Positions 51,645 to 60,764 of a DNA stretch of 64,000 nucleotides are shown one piece after another. The stretch comes from an uncultured Clostridia bacterium. Its GTDB lineage: Bacteria > Bacillota > Clostridia > Oscillospirales > Acutalibacteraceae. Below the pieces are notes generated by a model. The model saw only the letters and a program-made list of their open reading frames with translations, was not told where the DNA came from and searched no databases. Positions within the stretch are counted from its first letter, which is position 1. Each line of letters begins with the position of its first letter. The stretch is from contig CAMHOE010000002.1 in the NCBI GenBank assembly GCA_946186665.1, positions 31,014-95,013 on the forward strand, given 5' to 3'. The translations under genes were made by a program, and so were the position numbers.

Positions 51645-53150
51645 TCAGTTTATGGAAAGACTGTTAAGTACAGTTTCCGGCATCTCATCCACCTTGCACT
51701 CTTCCTTAAAGCGCACCTCTGCATTTTTGAGAGAAGCAAGCGGAAGCGGCACGGATGTCTTTGTAATAGCTGAAAGCTCATCCACCATTGCATACTCATC
51801 CTCAGGCAGCTTTTCATCCGACACTGCCTCCAGTACGCTCTTTGCAAATTTATAGGGGCTCGCAGTGGAAGCTATAACAGCAGGTGTATTGTCTCCTGTC
51901 TCCTCTACATACTGCTTATAGACATTCACAGCCACAGCAGTATGGGTATCGCAAAGATAGCTTTCATTTTTATACATTTCCCTGATAGTTGCACGGGTAT
52001 TGTCGTCATCACAACAGCCGCCGTAGAACAGCTCATCAAGCTTTGACTTCACGTAACTGTCGACTGTATAGCTGCCGTTTGCGGAAAGCTCATTCATCCA
52101 CTGTGCAACCTTCTCGGCATTACCGTCAGTGAGATGATAGAGAAGTCTTTCCAGATTACTTGAAACAAGGATATCCATTGATGGAGAGATAGTTGTATAG
52201 AACTGTCTCTTTCTGTCATAGGTACCTGTCTTTATAAAGTCCGTGAGGACATTGTTTGCATTTGAAGCGCAGATGAACTTATTAACGGGAAGTCCCATGT
52301 TCATTGCATAGAAGGAAGCAAGTATATTGCCGAAGTTGCCCGTAGGAACAACTACGTTTATTTTGTCGCCGGCATTGATCTTCTTTGCATTGAGAAGCTC
52401 ACAGTATGCCGAGAAATAGTATACTATCTGAGGAAGAAGTCTGCCCCAGTTTATTGAGTTGGCACTGGAGAAGAGCATATTGTTCTTTTCAAGCTTTGCC
52501 TTGATCTCACTGTTTGTGAAGATCTTCTTTACTCCTGTCTGAGCATCATCGAAATTACCCTCTATAGCAACAACGCTGACATTATCGCCCTTCTGGGTCG
52601 CCATCTGACGCTTCTGCATGGGGCTTACGCCGTTAACAGGATAGAACACCATGATCCTTGTACCATCAACATCCTTGAAGCCTTCAAGAGCAGCCTTGCC
52701 TGTATCGCCGCTTGTAGCAACGAGAATAACTGCTTCCTTGCCGCTGTATGTCTTTTTTACAGACTTTGTAAGAAGATGAGGAAGTATCTGAAGAGCCATA
52801 TCCTTGAAGGCGCAGGTAGGACCGTGCCACAGCTCCAGTATGGACATTTTTGTGCTGCCGCTTTCAATGTATGATATGGGAGCGGGATCGTCAGAGCCAA
52901 ACTTTTCGGGAGTATAAGCCGCCTCTACACTCTGGCTGATTTCCTCTTCTGTAAAGTCGCCTAAAAAATCTCCGAATATCTTTTTTGCTCTTCCTCTGTA
53001 ATCGGTCTGTGCAAGAGCCTTGATATCATCGAGAGTATACTTCGGGAGCGACTGCGGTACAAAAAGTCCGCCCTCCTCCGAGATACCCTGAGCTATCGCC
53101 TGAGAAGCGGTAACTACCTTGCTTTTGTCTCTTGTGCTGTTGTAGTTCAT
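51645..53150 (-). CDS. thrC: Threonine synthase (long form)
   Basis: 501 aa with a PLP lysine context (PTCAFKDMALQ) and the characteristic N-terminus ..GLFVP. Confidence 0.9.
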   Translation of the reverse strand: MNYNSTRDKSKVVTASQAIAQGISEEGGLFVPQSLPKYTLDDIKALAQTDYRGRAKKIFGDFLGDFTEEEISQSVEAAYTPEKFGSDDPAPISYIESGSTKMSILELWHGPTCAFKDMALQILPHLLTKSVKKTYSGKEAVILVATSGDTGKAALEGFKDVDGTRIMVFYPVNGVSPMQKRQMATQKGDNVSVVAIEGNFDDAQTGVKKIFTNSEIKAKLEKNNMLFSSANSINWGRLLPQIVYYFSAYCELLNAKKINAGDKINVVVPTGNFGNILASFYAMNMGLPVNKFICASNANNVLTDFIKTGTYDRKRQFYTTISPSMDILVSSNLERLLYHLTDGNAEKVAQWMNELSANGSYTVDSYVKSKLDELFYGGCCDDDNTRATIREMYKNESYLCDTHTAVAVNVYKQYVEETGDNTPAVIASTASPYKFAKSVLEAVSDEKLPEDEYAMVDELSAITKTSVPLPLASLKNAEVRFKEECKVDEMPETVLNSLSIN

Positions 53151-54109
53151 TACTTTTTCCCTCTTTCATATTGTTGTCCGGAAATGTCATATCTGCTGAA
53201 AAAGCCTGCGGCATTATTAAAGAAAATATCCCTGACAAGCTCTTCGCTGTAATTGTGGTGCAAGAACATCTCATAAAGCTCGGGCAGAGACTCCAGTCCC
53301 TTCATATCCTTCGGGATATCGGCACCGTCAAGATCTCCCCCTATGGCGATAGTTTTTTCTCCGCCAAGGGACAGAAAATGTTCTGCGTTTTTTATTATAT
53401 CATACATTTCGGCATTTGTCTCGGTTTTATTAAGAAAATCCCGGCAAAAATTCAGACCCACAATGCCGCCTTTCTGTTGAATTATCCTGAACTGCTCGTC
53501 CGTCAGATTTCTCCTGTGGGGACACACGGCCTTTGAGTCTGAATGTGAAGCAGCAAAGGGACGTCTTGCAAGTGCGGCTGTTTCATAGAACAGCTTCTCG
53601 CTTGCGTGAGAGATATCAATGATTATATCGTTCCTCTCCAATTCAGGGATAACAGACCTGCCGAAGTCCGTAAGTCCCCCTGCGTTTTCAACTCCCACGC
53701 CGTCTCCAAGCTCGTTTCTGCCGTTCCATGTGAGGGTCATCATTCTTACTCCGTTTTCTTTCAGCATCTTTACATTTTCAAGCTTTCCTGAAAGGACCGC
53801 TCCGCCCTCAACTGTAAGCACAGTGCCTGTTTTATTATTTTTCCTTACATATTCAATATCCTCAGCCGTAACACATCTGTACACATCAGTACCTGAAAGC
53901 TGCTCTTCAATCTTCTTTACACAGCCGTGAAATAATTTAACAGCTGCTTCTCCCCTGTATTCATCAGGTATCCATACCGCAAAGCACTGTATATACGGGA
54001 CAATGCCCTGACTTTTGTTGAGAGAAATATGGAAGCTGTCATTGAACAATGTACTGTTTTCAGTATATGCACGGTACAGTGTGTCACAGTGCAGGTCAAA
54101 TAGCATCAT
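53150..54109 (-). CDS. Membrane dipeptidase (peptidase family M19)
   Basis: FDLHCDTL N-terminal metal site, ..ISHASEK.., ..ASHSDS... The stop overlaps the thrC start by 1 nt. The start is uncertain (ATG 54109/54106 or GTG 54121). Confidence 0.8.
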   Translation of the reverse strand: MMLFDLHCDTLYRAYTENSTLFNDSFHISLNKSQGIVPYIQCFAVWIPDEYRGEAAVKLFHGCVKKIEEQLSGTDVYRCVTAEDIEYVRKNNKTGTVLTVEGGAVLSGKLENVKMLKENGVRMMTLTWNGRNELGDGVGVENAGGLTDFGRSVIPELERNDIIIDISHASEKLFYETAALARRPFAASHSDSKAVCPHRRNLTDEQFRIIQQKGGIVGLNFCRDFLNKTETNAEMYDIIKNAEHFLSLGGEKTIAIGGDLDGADIPKDMKGLESLPELYEMFLHHNYSEELVRDIFFNNAAGFFSRYDISGQQYERGKK

Positions 54110-54135
54110 CTGTTCTATCACTCCTTATGGGGTCA

Positions 54136-54537
54136 TCAGAAGGGTACATATCCGCCCTCCATCCAGAAAGCATTTTCTATATGGTTGATATACGGCTTCT
54201 CCCTGCTGTTATCAAATACAACCTCTACTACATCAAAGCGCGGCTGCAAATCATAACTATGCTCCGACAAAAAAACTGTGGCTGTCTTTATCAGCTTTTT
54301 CTGCTTGCGCAGATCCACCCATTCAGAGGGTCTTGCAACAGAGGAAATATTTCTCGACTTGACCTCGACAAATACGATATACTTATCACTGCTGACTATC
54401 AGATCTATCTCGCCGAAGCGTGAATGATAATTTCTGAATTCTTGCTTATATCCCTTTGAAATAAGATATTTAAGAGCCTGTTCCTCTCCGTATGCGCCTG
54501 CTGCCTGAGCATTGGTTTTTTTATTATCCTTTTGCAT
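54136..54537 (-). CDS. yraN: YraN family (UPF0102) endonuclease-fold protein
   Basis: GEEQALKYLISKGYK...GEIDLIV...VFVEVKSR signature. Conserved position after rnhB. Confidence 0.85.
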   Translation of the reverse strand: MQKDNKKTNAQAAGAYGEEQALKYLISKGYKQEFRNYHSRFGEIDLIVSSDKYIVFVEVKSRNISSVARPSEWVDLRKQKKLIKTATVFLSEHSYDLQPRFDVVEVVFDNSREKPYINHIENAFWMEGGYVPF

Positions 54538-55162
54538 TATTTTCTCCCAGTATTTTTTTCAGAAACGACGGACGATGAATCTCACACGGTCCGTATTCTA
54601 AAATAAGCTCCCTATGAAGCTTTGTGCCATAGCCCTTATGCTTTTCAAATCTGTATTCGGGATATTTTTCCGCAAGGGACATCATCAGCCTGTCACGGCT
54701 CACCTTTGCAAGTATTGAAGCTGCCGCAATTGAGTGGGACAGATAATCTCCCTTTACAATGGACACACAGGGAATATCAACAGGCGGAGTTTTATTGCCG
54801 TCTATAAGCGCAAAATCCGCGCTGACAGACAAGCCCTCTATCGCCCTTTTCATCGCAAGCATCGCTGCATTGAGAATATTTATCTCCTCTATTTCTTCTA
54901 TGCTCGCCCATGCAATACTGTAAGCAGCCGCTTCTGACTTTATTATATCAAAAAGCTTTTCACGCTTCTTTTCGGAAAGCTTCTTGGAATCAGTCACTCC
55001 ATCAATAATATGTCCCTTCGGCATTATAACAGCAGCCGCACATACAGGCCCTGCCAATGGTCCCCTGCCTGCTTCATCCACCCCGCAGATATTGCTGTAT
55101 CCCTGCGAGTAATACAGCTTTTCATATTCAAGTACATCAAATTCTGACATCTGTACATTCAT
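54524..55162 (-). CDS. rnhB: Ribonuclease HII
   Basis: GVDEAGRGPLAGPV and DSKKLS motifs. Start probably ATG 55162. Confidence 0.9.
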   Translation of the reverse strand: MNVQMSEFDVLEYEKLYYSQGYSNICGVDEAGRGPLAGPVCAAAVIMPKGHIIDGVTDSKKLSEKKREKLFDIIKSEAAAYSIAWASIEEIEEINILNAAMLAMKRAIEGLSVSADFALIDGNKTPPVDIPCVSIVKGDYLSHSIAAASILAKVSRDRLMMSLAEKYPEYRFEKHKGYGTKLHRELILEYGPCEIHRPSFLKKILGENNAKG

Positions 55163-56024
55163 CTGCCTTATCAAGCGTTATTTTTCCTAAGGTCGCATTT
55201 CTGAATTCATCCAGTACTGTGGCTGCGGCGCGTTCGGTATTTATTTCTCCTCCGGAAATAAGCATACCTCTTTTCCTGCCTACAAGCTCCAGTATCTCAT
55301 AGCCCTGAATGTCGCTTATCTCCTGCATAGTCATCTTATATCTTGCACAAAGCGGTTCCGGATAATTGTCCCTGAGATATTCAAGAAGCCGTCCCGCAAG
55401 ATGTTCCGTATCAAGCACATCGTCCTTTACCGAACCGATAAATGCCAGCTTCTCTCCTACCAGCTTGTCGTCAAACTTCGGCCACAATACTCCGGGAGTA
55501 TCCAGCAGGTCAAACCCTTTTCCAACTGTAAACCACTGATTGCCCCTTGTAACGCCGGGTCTGTCCTCCACCTTTGCACGTGACTGCTTTGACATCCTGT
55601 TGATGAATGACGACTTGCCCACATTAGGTATCCCCACTACCATCACCTTTATTGTCCGGCCTGTCATGCCCTTTGAATTCCACGACTGTATCTTGTCTGC
55701 AAGGACGTTTTTAACTGTGGGTATAAAAGCATTTAAGCCCTTGCCTGATTTACAGTCAAGAGCGATAGCACTGATATTCTTTTCCTTGAATTTCCTTATC
55801 CATTTCTGCGTCTCGGCAGAATCAGCCATATCGCACTTGTTAAGCACCACAAACCGCGGCTTATTGTTTACGACGCTCCTGAGATCAGGATTACAGCTTG
55901 AATAAGGTATCCTTGCATCCAGCAGTATGGCAACTGCATCGATAAGCTTCAGCTGTGATTCTATCTTTCTTTTGGTTTTGGTCATATGACCCGGAAACCA
56001 CTGTATTGATTTCAGTTCCTCCAT
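55137..56024 (-). CDS. rbgA: Ribosome biogenesis GTPase A (YlqF)
   Basis: IQWFPGHM, circularly permuted G-motifs (NKCD ... GIPNVGKSS ... DTPG). ATG 56024 has a GGGGG RBS. The ORF-track 5' extension translates the H1 repeat and I reject it. Confidence 0.9.
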   Translation of the reverse strand: MEELKSIQWFPGHMTKTKRKIESQLKLIDAVAILLDARIPYSSCNPDLRSVVNNKPRFVVLNKCDMADSAETQKWIRKFKEKNISAIALDCKSGKGLNAFIPTVKNVLADKIQSWNSKGMTGRTIKVMVVGIPNVGKSSFINRMSKQSRAKVEDRPGVTRGNQWFTVGKGFDLLDTPGVLWPKFDDKLVGEKLAFIGSVKDDVLDTEHLAGRLLEYLRDNYPEPLCARYKMTMQEISDIQGYEILELVGRKRGMLISGGEINTERAAATVLDEFRNATLGKITLDKADECTDVRI

Positions 56025-56042
56025 CTTTACCCCCATACTTTT

Positions 56043-56232
56043 AAAAAATGTGGAATTTGGAAAGTGGAAAGTGGAATTATTTGTGAACTCAAGGCTTGCT
56101 GTTGTTCCGGCTTTTGCCTGAACCATAGTTGCCTCTCTTAAAAGAGAAGAAGCTTTAACTATTCAACTATCCACTAATCATTAATCATTAATCACTAACC
56201 ACTAACCACTAACCACTAACCACTAACCACTG
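56043..56232 (+). repeat. Compact mosaic element bounded by heptad arrays: H1 plus conserved flank, central spacer, long reverse-complement H4 array (about 9-10 units)
   Basis: aaaaaatgtggaatttggaaagtggaaagtggaatt atttgtgaactcaaggcttgct ... ccactaatcattaatcattaatcactaaccactaaccactaaccactaaccactaaccactg. It ends 5 nt from the signal peptidase stop. Confidence 0.9.
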
Positions 56233-56237
56233 AATTT

Positions 56238-56888
56238 TCAGGATACGAAGCCGAATTTATCAAAGGGCGCTATGCGGAAAAACGCCTTGCCTATAATATT
56301 CTCTACAGGGATAAGTCCGATTTTTACGCTTCTGCTGTCCAGTGAGTCCTCACGGTTGTCTCCCATAACAAATACATAGCCCTCCGGAATAACATCAGGT
56401 ATCTCTGTAGGATTCGGCCGCTGTATGGTCTTACCCTTTATATATGGCTCATCCAGAACTGTACCGTCAACTGTCACTTCATTGGTTTCGTAGTCTATGG
56501 AAAGCTTCTGTCCCTCTGTAGCGATGATTCTCTTTACAATAGGCTCGTTATATTTTTCTCCGTGGGTAATAATTACAATATCACCACATGCGGGAGTATA
56601 CATAAAGCTTGCAACGATAAGTCTGTCATCATTCTGGAGGGTATCGTTCATAGACCTGCCGTTGACTGTGACCTGTCTGAAAAAGAATGTCATTATCAGC
56701 AGCACTACCACAAGTGCAGCAAAAAGAGTATTTGCCCATTCAAACACGATTTCCGAAATGGGTACTCTGTCATCATCTTCTGTTTCCTCAGCTGCCTCTA
56801 AAGCTGCTTCTCCGACCGACCCTGCGGATAATTCGTATGATCTTTCCTCGTCTATATCCTCGATTGTTTCCTTTGTTCTCTTTGACAT
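56238..56888 (-). CDS. lepB: Signal peptidase I (S26A) with an acidic N-terminal extension
   Basis: Catalytic-Ser box VNGRSMNDTL, Lys box (KRIIATEGQ) and GDNREDSLDSR. Confidence 0.9.
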   Translation of the reverse strand: MSKRTKETIEDIDEERSYELSAGSVGEAALEAAEETEDDDRVPISEIVFEWANTLFAALVVVLLIMTFFFRQVTVNGRSMNDTLQNDDRLIVASFMYTPACGDIVIITHGEKYNEPIVKRIIATEGQKLSIDYETNEVTVDGTVLDEPYIKGKTIQRPNPTEIPDVIPEGYVFVMGDNREDSLDSRSVKIGLIPVENIIGKAFFRIAPFDKFGFVS

Positions 56889-56920
56889 ATCTGCACCTCA
56901 AAAATCAATATATATTCCCC

Positions 56921-57625
56921 TTATGACAAGAAGCCGAAGGTATCAAAAGGAGATATCCTGAAAAATGCCTTTCCGATAATATTTTCAACAGGAACAAGAC
57001 CAACTCTCTTCGAGCGGCTGTCAAGGGAGTTTTCTCTGTTATCTCCCATTACAAAGACATAGCCTTTCGGAATGACCTCCGGTATCTCTGTAGAGTTCAA
57101 TTCCTTTACAGTTGTTCCGATTATATAATCTTCCTTCAGCAGCACGCCGTCCACAGTGACCTCACCGGTGCTGTAGTCTATTTTCAAACGCTGTCCCTCT
57201 GTCGCAATGACCCTTTTAACGATTTTTTTATCAAGCTCTTCACCATGTGTCACTATCACTATGTCACCGTTCTGAGGCGTATAGTTAAAGCAGGACACAA
57301 GAAGCCTGTCCGCATCCTGAAGAGTATTGTTCATGGAAGGTCCGTCTACAGTTACCTGTCTTACAAAAAAAGTCATAACAATAAACAGCACTGCAATTGC
57401 AACTATAATCGTTCCTGCCATTTCATATATGAACTGTGGACCACTGATGACCTCATCATCTTCATCAGGCTCCGACTCATCTTCATCAACTTCAGAAGAT
57501 TCAGTCTCACCCTCGCCCTCAGAAAGCTCCTTGTCCTCTGTCATATCTTCGGCAGAATCCTCGCCCTGTTCAATGTTTTCTTCAGTTTCATAATCCTCTG
57601 AAAGTTCATTTTCTTTTTCCGACAT
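56921..57625 (-). CDS. lepB: Signal peptidase I (S26A), tandem paralog with a very acidic N-terminal extension
   Basis: VDGPSMNNTL, KRVIATEGQ and GDNRENSLDSR. Confidence 0.9.
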   Translation of the reverse strand: MSEKENELSEDYETEENIEQGEDSAEDMTEDKELSEGEGETESSEVDEDESEPDEDDEVISGPQFIYEMAGTIIVAIAVLFIVMTFFVRQVTVDGPSMNNTLQDADRLLVSCFNYTPQNGDIVIVTHGEELDKKIVKRVIATEGQRLKIDYSTGEVTVDGVLLKEDYIIGTTVKELNSTEIPEVIPKGYVFVMGDNRENSLDSRSKRVGLVPVENIIGKAFFRISPFDTFGFLS

Positions 57626-57734
57626 TTGTAAACACCTCTGTTTTATATTCTTACAGCATCCATATCCTCTCCTGAAATGGGAGATGTTAATAATCTACAT
57701 AATCAATTATTACAAGAGGGGTTCCCGCTCAACA

Positions 57735-57806
57735 CTTATCATAATTCATATTCGCCGCGCCGCAAACACCGTAATTACACATTCCACATTTATAAAGTAT
57801 TCAGTA
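57735..57806 (+). repeat. Degenerate mosaic fragment (M8-like, short H1 rc, H5-like) abutting the stop of the next gene
   Basis: cttatcataattcatattcgccgcgccgcaaacaccgtaattacacattccacattt ... aagtattcagtatta. Confidence 0.6.
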
Positions 57807-58373
57807 TTATTTCAGATAATCGGCTGTCCTTCCGAACATTGAGAAGGGATAGAGTATAAATCCGACTTTTCCGGCTACACGCTCTTTGGGGATAAGTTCA
57901 CCTATCCTCAGATCTCCCGAAGGGTCAATATTGCTGCTTAAAAGAACATAGTCCTTTGGAACATCCAGCCCGCCTATCGCTTCTTCAAGCTCTTCATAAG
58001 AGAAATATCTGGCGCCGTTGTACTGTACGCAGTTTACAGCGTCCGATTTGCCCGTACCCATTAGTATCTTTTCATTTTCTCCGGCAATGACTTTTGCATC
58101 CGAGAAAGAAGTGCCAACATCTACACAGACTATATCTCCGCTGTGCGGAACATAGTTATAGCTTACGGTTACCACACTATAGCTTTTTGTGGTGTTTCCG
58201 GACTTTTTGGTATATGATACGACCCTGAAAAACGAACTGAAAACAGCGACTGCTGCAAGCACAAGCAAAATGACACCGTAAAGAAACTCGAACGAGCTTT
58301 TTGTAAGCGCACGTCCGTCAGCTCTTACACTGTCATTATATTGCTTTGTCCGCCTCAGCTTACTGTACTTCAT
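57807..58373 (-). CDS. Signal-peptidase-I-like membrane protein lacking the catalytic Ser/Lys and GDNR..S.DSR boxes (probable pseudo-peptidase)
   Basis: 188 aa with a single TM. The C-terminus ERVAGKVGFILYPFSMFG parallels IIGKAFFRI(A/S)PFD.FG of the two neighbours. There is no SM..T box and no GDNR box. Confidence 0.55.
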   Translation of the reverse strand: MKYSKLRRTKQYNDSVRADGRALTKSSFEFLYGVILLVLAAVAVFSSFFRVVSYTKKSGNTTKSYSVVTVSYNYVPHSGDIVCVDVGTSFSDAKVIAGENEKILMGTGKSDAVNCVQYNGARYFSYEELEEAIGGLDVPKDYVLLSSNIDPSGDLRIGELIPKERVAGKVGFILYPFSMFGRTADYLK

Positions 58374-58505
58374 TTTGTACGTCCTCCGTTTTATTTTTCA
58401 CACCAACATACTGACCGGAACCTTCAATGCTAAAAGCAGAAAACTGAAACTCCGGATATGCGGATGCTGATAAGCCATACCGCATATCCGAAAAAAACTT
58501 CAGGA

Positions 58506-58534
58506 TAACAAAAAAGGGACAATAATGTCCCTTT
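58506..58534 (-). terminator. Intrinsic terminator after rplS
   Basis: Stem aaagggac/gtcccttt followed on the minus strand by TTTTTGTTAT. Confidence 0.75.
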
Positions 58535-58539
58535 CAGTT

Positions 58540-58890
58540 TTATCTGATTTGTTCCTTGACCTTTGCAGCCTTACCAACTCTGTCACGGAGATAATAGAGT
58601 TTGCTTCTGCGAACACGGCCTCTTCTTATTACCTGAACAGCAACAACGTTAGGTGAATGAACAGGGAAAACTCTTTCAACACCTACACCGTATGATACAC
58701 GGCGTACTGTAAAGGTCTCAGCTACACCGCTGCCTCTGCGAGCGATGACCGTGCCTTCAAACATCTGAATTCTTTCTCTTTCTCCCTCACGGATGTTAAC
58801 GCTGACCTTTACTGTGTCACCGATCTCAAACTTAGGGATGTTGTTCTCTTCCTTCAGAGAGCTTGCTGCAATTGTTTTAAGTGCGTCCAT
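58540..58890 (-). CDS. rplS: 50S ribosomal protein L19
   Basis: ..[35 protein letters not shown].. is the canonical L19 sequence. ATG 58890 has an AGGAGGA RBS. Confidence 0.95.
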   Translation of the reverse strand: MDALKTIAASSLKEENNIPKFEIGDTVKVSVNIREGERERIQMFEGTVIARRGSGVAETFTVRRVSYGVGVERVFPVHSPNVVAVQVIRRGRVRRSKLYYLRDRVGKAAKVKEQIR

Positions 58891-59018
58891 TTTTATTCCT
58901 CCTGTTATTTCAGACATTCTTGCAGGATGATTCCGTGCAGAGGACTGCCCGTTTCAAAGTACGGCTCCCGCCGGGCTTCGAACCCCACCACAAGCAGCGG
59001 TTTTCAAAGACTTAAATA

Positions 59019-59047
59019 TTATACCACATACTCATTCGTTATGCAAG
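59019..59047 (-). promoter_or_regulatory. Sigma-A promoter with an extended -10 for rplS
   Basis: Minus strand reads TTGCAT - 17 nt (ending TGG) - TATAAT. It predicts a leader of about 120 nt. Confidence 0.7.
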
Positions 59048-59105
59048 CATTTTTTTCTTTTATACAGAATTTTTTTACAATTAAATATTTAGGGTCATAG
59101 AATAA

Positions 59106-60695
59106 TCAGGCGGTAAATTTTCCGCGCTCAATATTCTTGCCTGATGAAAGGTATTCTCTCTGATAAATATACAGATCCTGAATATCCACCACTCCGTCAC
59201 AGTTTATATCAGCTGCCAATAACTTGAATTCGTCAAGCATACTCTCACCTGTCAGATGCTTTGATAAAGACAGGATATCCTTAGAATTCAGGTTTCCTTC
59301 ACCTGTCAGGTCGCCCATGATAACTATAGTATAGCTTTCATTTCCCACAGCACTGCAAAAATCAACCGTAAATCCGGTACCAAGAACACCGCTCGTCACG
59401 GTCTTACCGTTATGGTTCACAAAAGAAACAGTATATCCGGAGAACTCTATATTCTTTTTGAAGGCTGCGATAGTTGTACCGTCAGGCACTCCGGTTATCA
59501 TTCCGCTTTCTATCGTGTAAACACTGCTTGAGATTTCTCCGGTCTGCTGTACATAATATGAACTGACGCTTCCATTGTGTGTTTCTGAAGGTGAAGTATC
59601 AGCCGTACATGAGCTTTCTGAGGAGATGCTCTCCTGCGGTGTACCCACACTGATATCACCGCTTTCGTCCGACAAGATATCAGGTTTTTCTGAAACTTCC
59701 GGAGATAATGTTTTGACATCGGATATTTCGGATATTTCTGACGCATCGGGCTTACCGCTGCTCACCACAGCCGTTGAAGCTTCAGATATCTGTTCCTCTT
59801 CATAAGGCACAAACATACCGATATTCACCACAAGCATCTCACCGCCGGATAATATCACCAGAGAAGAGCCGCTTGAATACATATCATTTATCGTTCCGTC
59901 CGGAGTGAAGCAGGACAATATATTTCCGCTCAGATCAGTCATATAAATCGTGCCGTCTCTGACTTCGAACATCTTTTCATCCATATAACACAGACTTTCG
60001 CAGTCCACAGTAACGAGCCTTGTAAATCCCGTCTCACTGTCAAACGAATAAAGAGAACCGTTTCTGTCAGTGTAATATCCTTCATTCTGCCTGAATGGAA
60101 CATCAGGAACATCGCATGGAATAAAAGCGCCATTCCGAACATCATATATCCCACCGTCTACAACAGCATAAGGACTGTTGCCCGAAATATCGGTAAATAA
60201 CATCCTGATATTCCTGTCAAGCCGGACTGTGCCGGATAATGACTTAAAATTTCTGTATATCATTATTTCATTCGGGGAACCTTCATCGCAGAGATAAAGC
60301 TCCTTGTCCCCTGCGGCAGTAATGCAGCCGTCTTTGATATTGACACCTTCAATTATGCTGACTTCTGTTTTTCTGAATACATCAATGACATAAAAAAGGT
60401 TTTCATCCATGCTTATCAGACAGCATCTGTCAGCACAAGGGATCACATGATCTATATGCCTGCTCTCGGTTGACAGCTTCACTTTTAAGCCATCCTTCCT
60501 CAGCATCGTAAGAACATATTTGTCCCTGTGGTTTTCAAGAAGATAGAAGTTACCCTGTCCATCAGGATATACCTCAAACTGTACTTCATCAGCTGAAACA
60601 TATTTATAAACATTCATACACAAGACATATAACAGGCACAGGATCAACGAAGCACAACATATCCTTTTAAACATCCTCATTAGCCTGCACCTCAT
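59106..60695 (-). CDS. Secreted dockerin-containing protein (N-terminal signal/anchor, repeat-rich beta region, S/T/P-rich linker, C-terminal type I dockerin)
   Basis: The C-terminus GDLTGEGNLNSKDILSLSKHL...ADINCDGVVDIQDLYIY holds two Ca-binding dockerin loops. Hydrophobic N-terminus MFKRICCASLILCLLYVLC. The true start is probably 60674-60680. Confidence 0.65.
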   Translation of the reverse strand: MRCRLMRMFKRICCASLILCLLYVLCMNVYKYVSADEVQFEVYPDGQGNFYLLENHRDKYVLTMLRKDGLKVKLSTESRHIDHVIPCADRCCLISMDENLFYVIDVFRKTEVSIIEGVNIKDGCITAAGDKELYLCDEGSPNEIMIYRNFKSLSGTVRLDRNIRMLFTDISGNSPYAVVDGGIYDVRNGAFIPCDVPDVPFRQNEGYYTDRNGSLYSFDSETGFTRLVTVDCESLCYMDEKMFEVRDGTIYMTDLSGNILSCFTPDGTINDMYSSGSSLVILSGGEMLVVNIGMFVPYEEEQISEASTAVVSSGKPDASEISEISDVKTLSPEVSEKPDILSDESGDISVGTPQESISSESSCTADTSPSETHNGSVSSYYVQQTGEISSSVYTIESGMITGVPDGTTIAAFKKNIEFSGYTVSFVNHNGKTVTSGVLGTGFTVDFCSAVGNESYTIVIMGDLTGEGNLNSKDILSLSKHLTGESMLDEFKLLAADINCDGVVDIQDLYIYQREYLSSGKNIERGKFTA

Positions 60696-60764
60696 ATCAA
60701 TTCAGAAATGTATCATGTTTAGTCTATAGGCTTCTGCGATTTACACTGTTCATTATAACAAGGC

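Noticed and set aside
56025-56126. 5' extensions of ORF-track entries: rbgA to 56126, ABC-F to 39084, mtaB to 41523, mraZ to 24832, tig to 50900, the transglutaminase-like gene to 4247, pyrB to 11582
   Set aside because: The extensions run through repeat modules or leaders, often start at non-ATG codons, and have no RBS. Conserved family N-termini with good RBSs occur at the internal starts I report.
56158-56232. Heptad arrays as telomere-like or eukaryotic satellite contamination (CCACTAA / GGAAT-like units)
   Set aside because: The units do not equal known telomeric 7-mers (for example TTTAGGG). The arrays are short (3-10 units), embedded between intact bacterial genes, and contiguous with the other bacterial repeat modules.
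58950-58990. tRNA-like fragment (GGTTCGAAGCC T-arm-like sequence) upstream of rplS
   Set aside because: There is no complementary acceptor stem, D-arm or anticodon arm on either strand. I treat it as part of the rplS leader.
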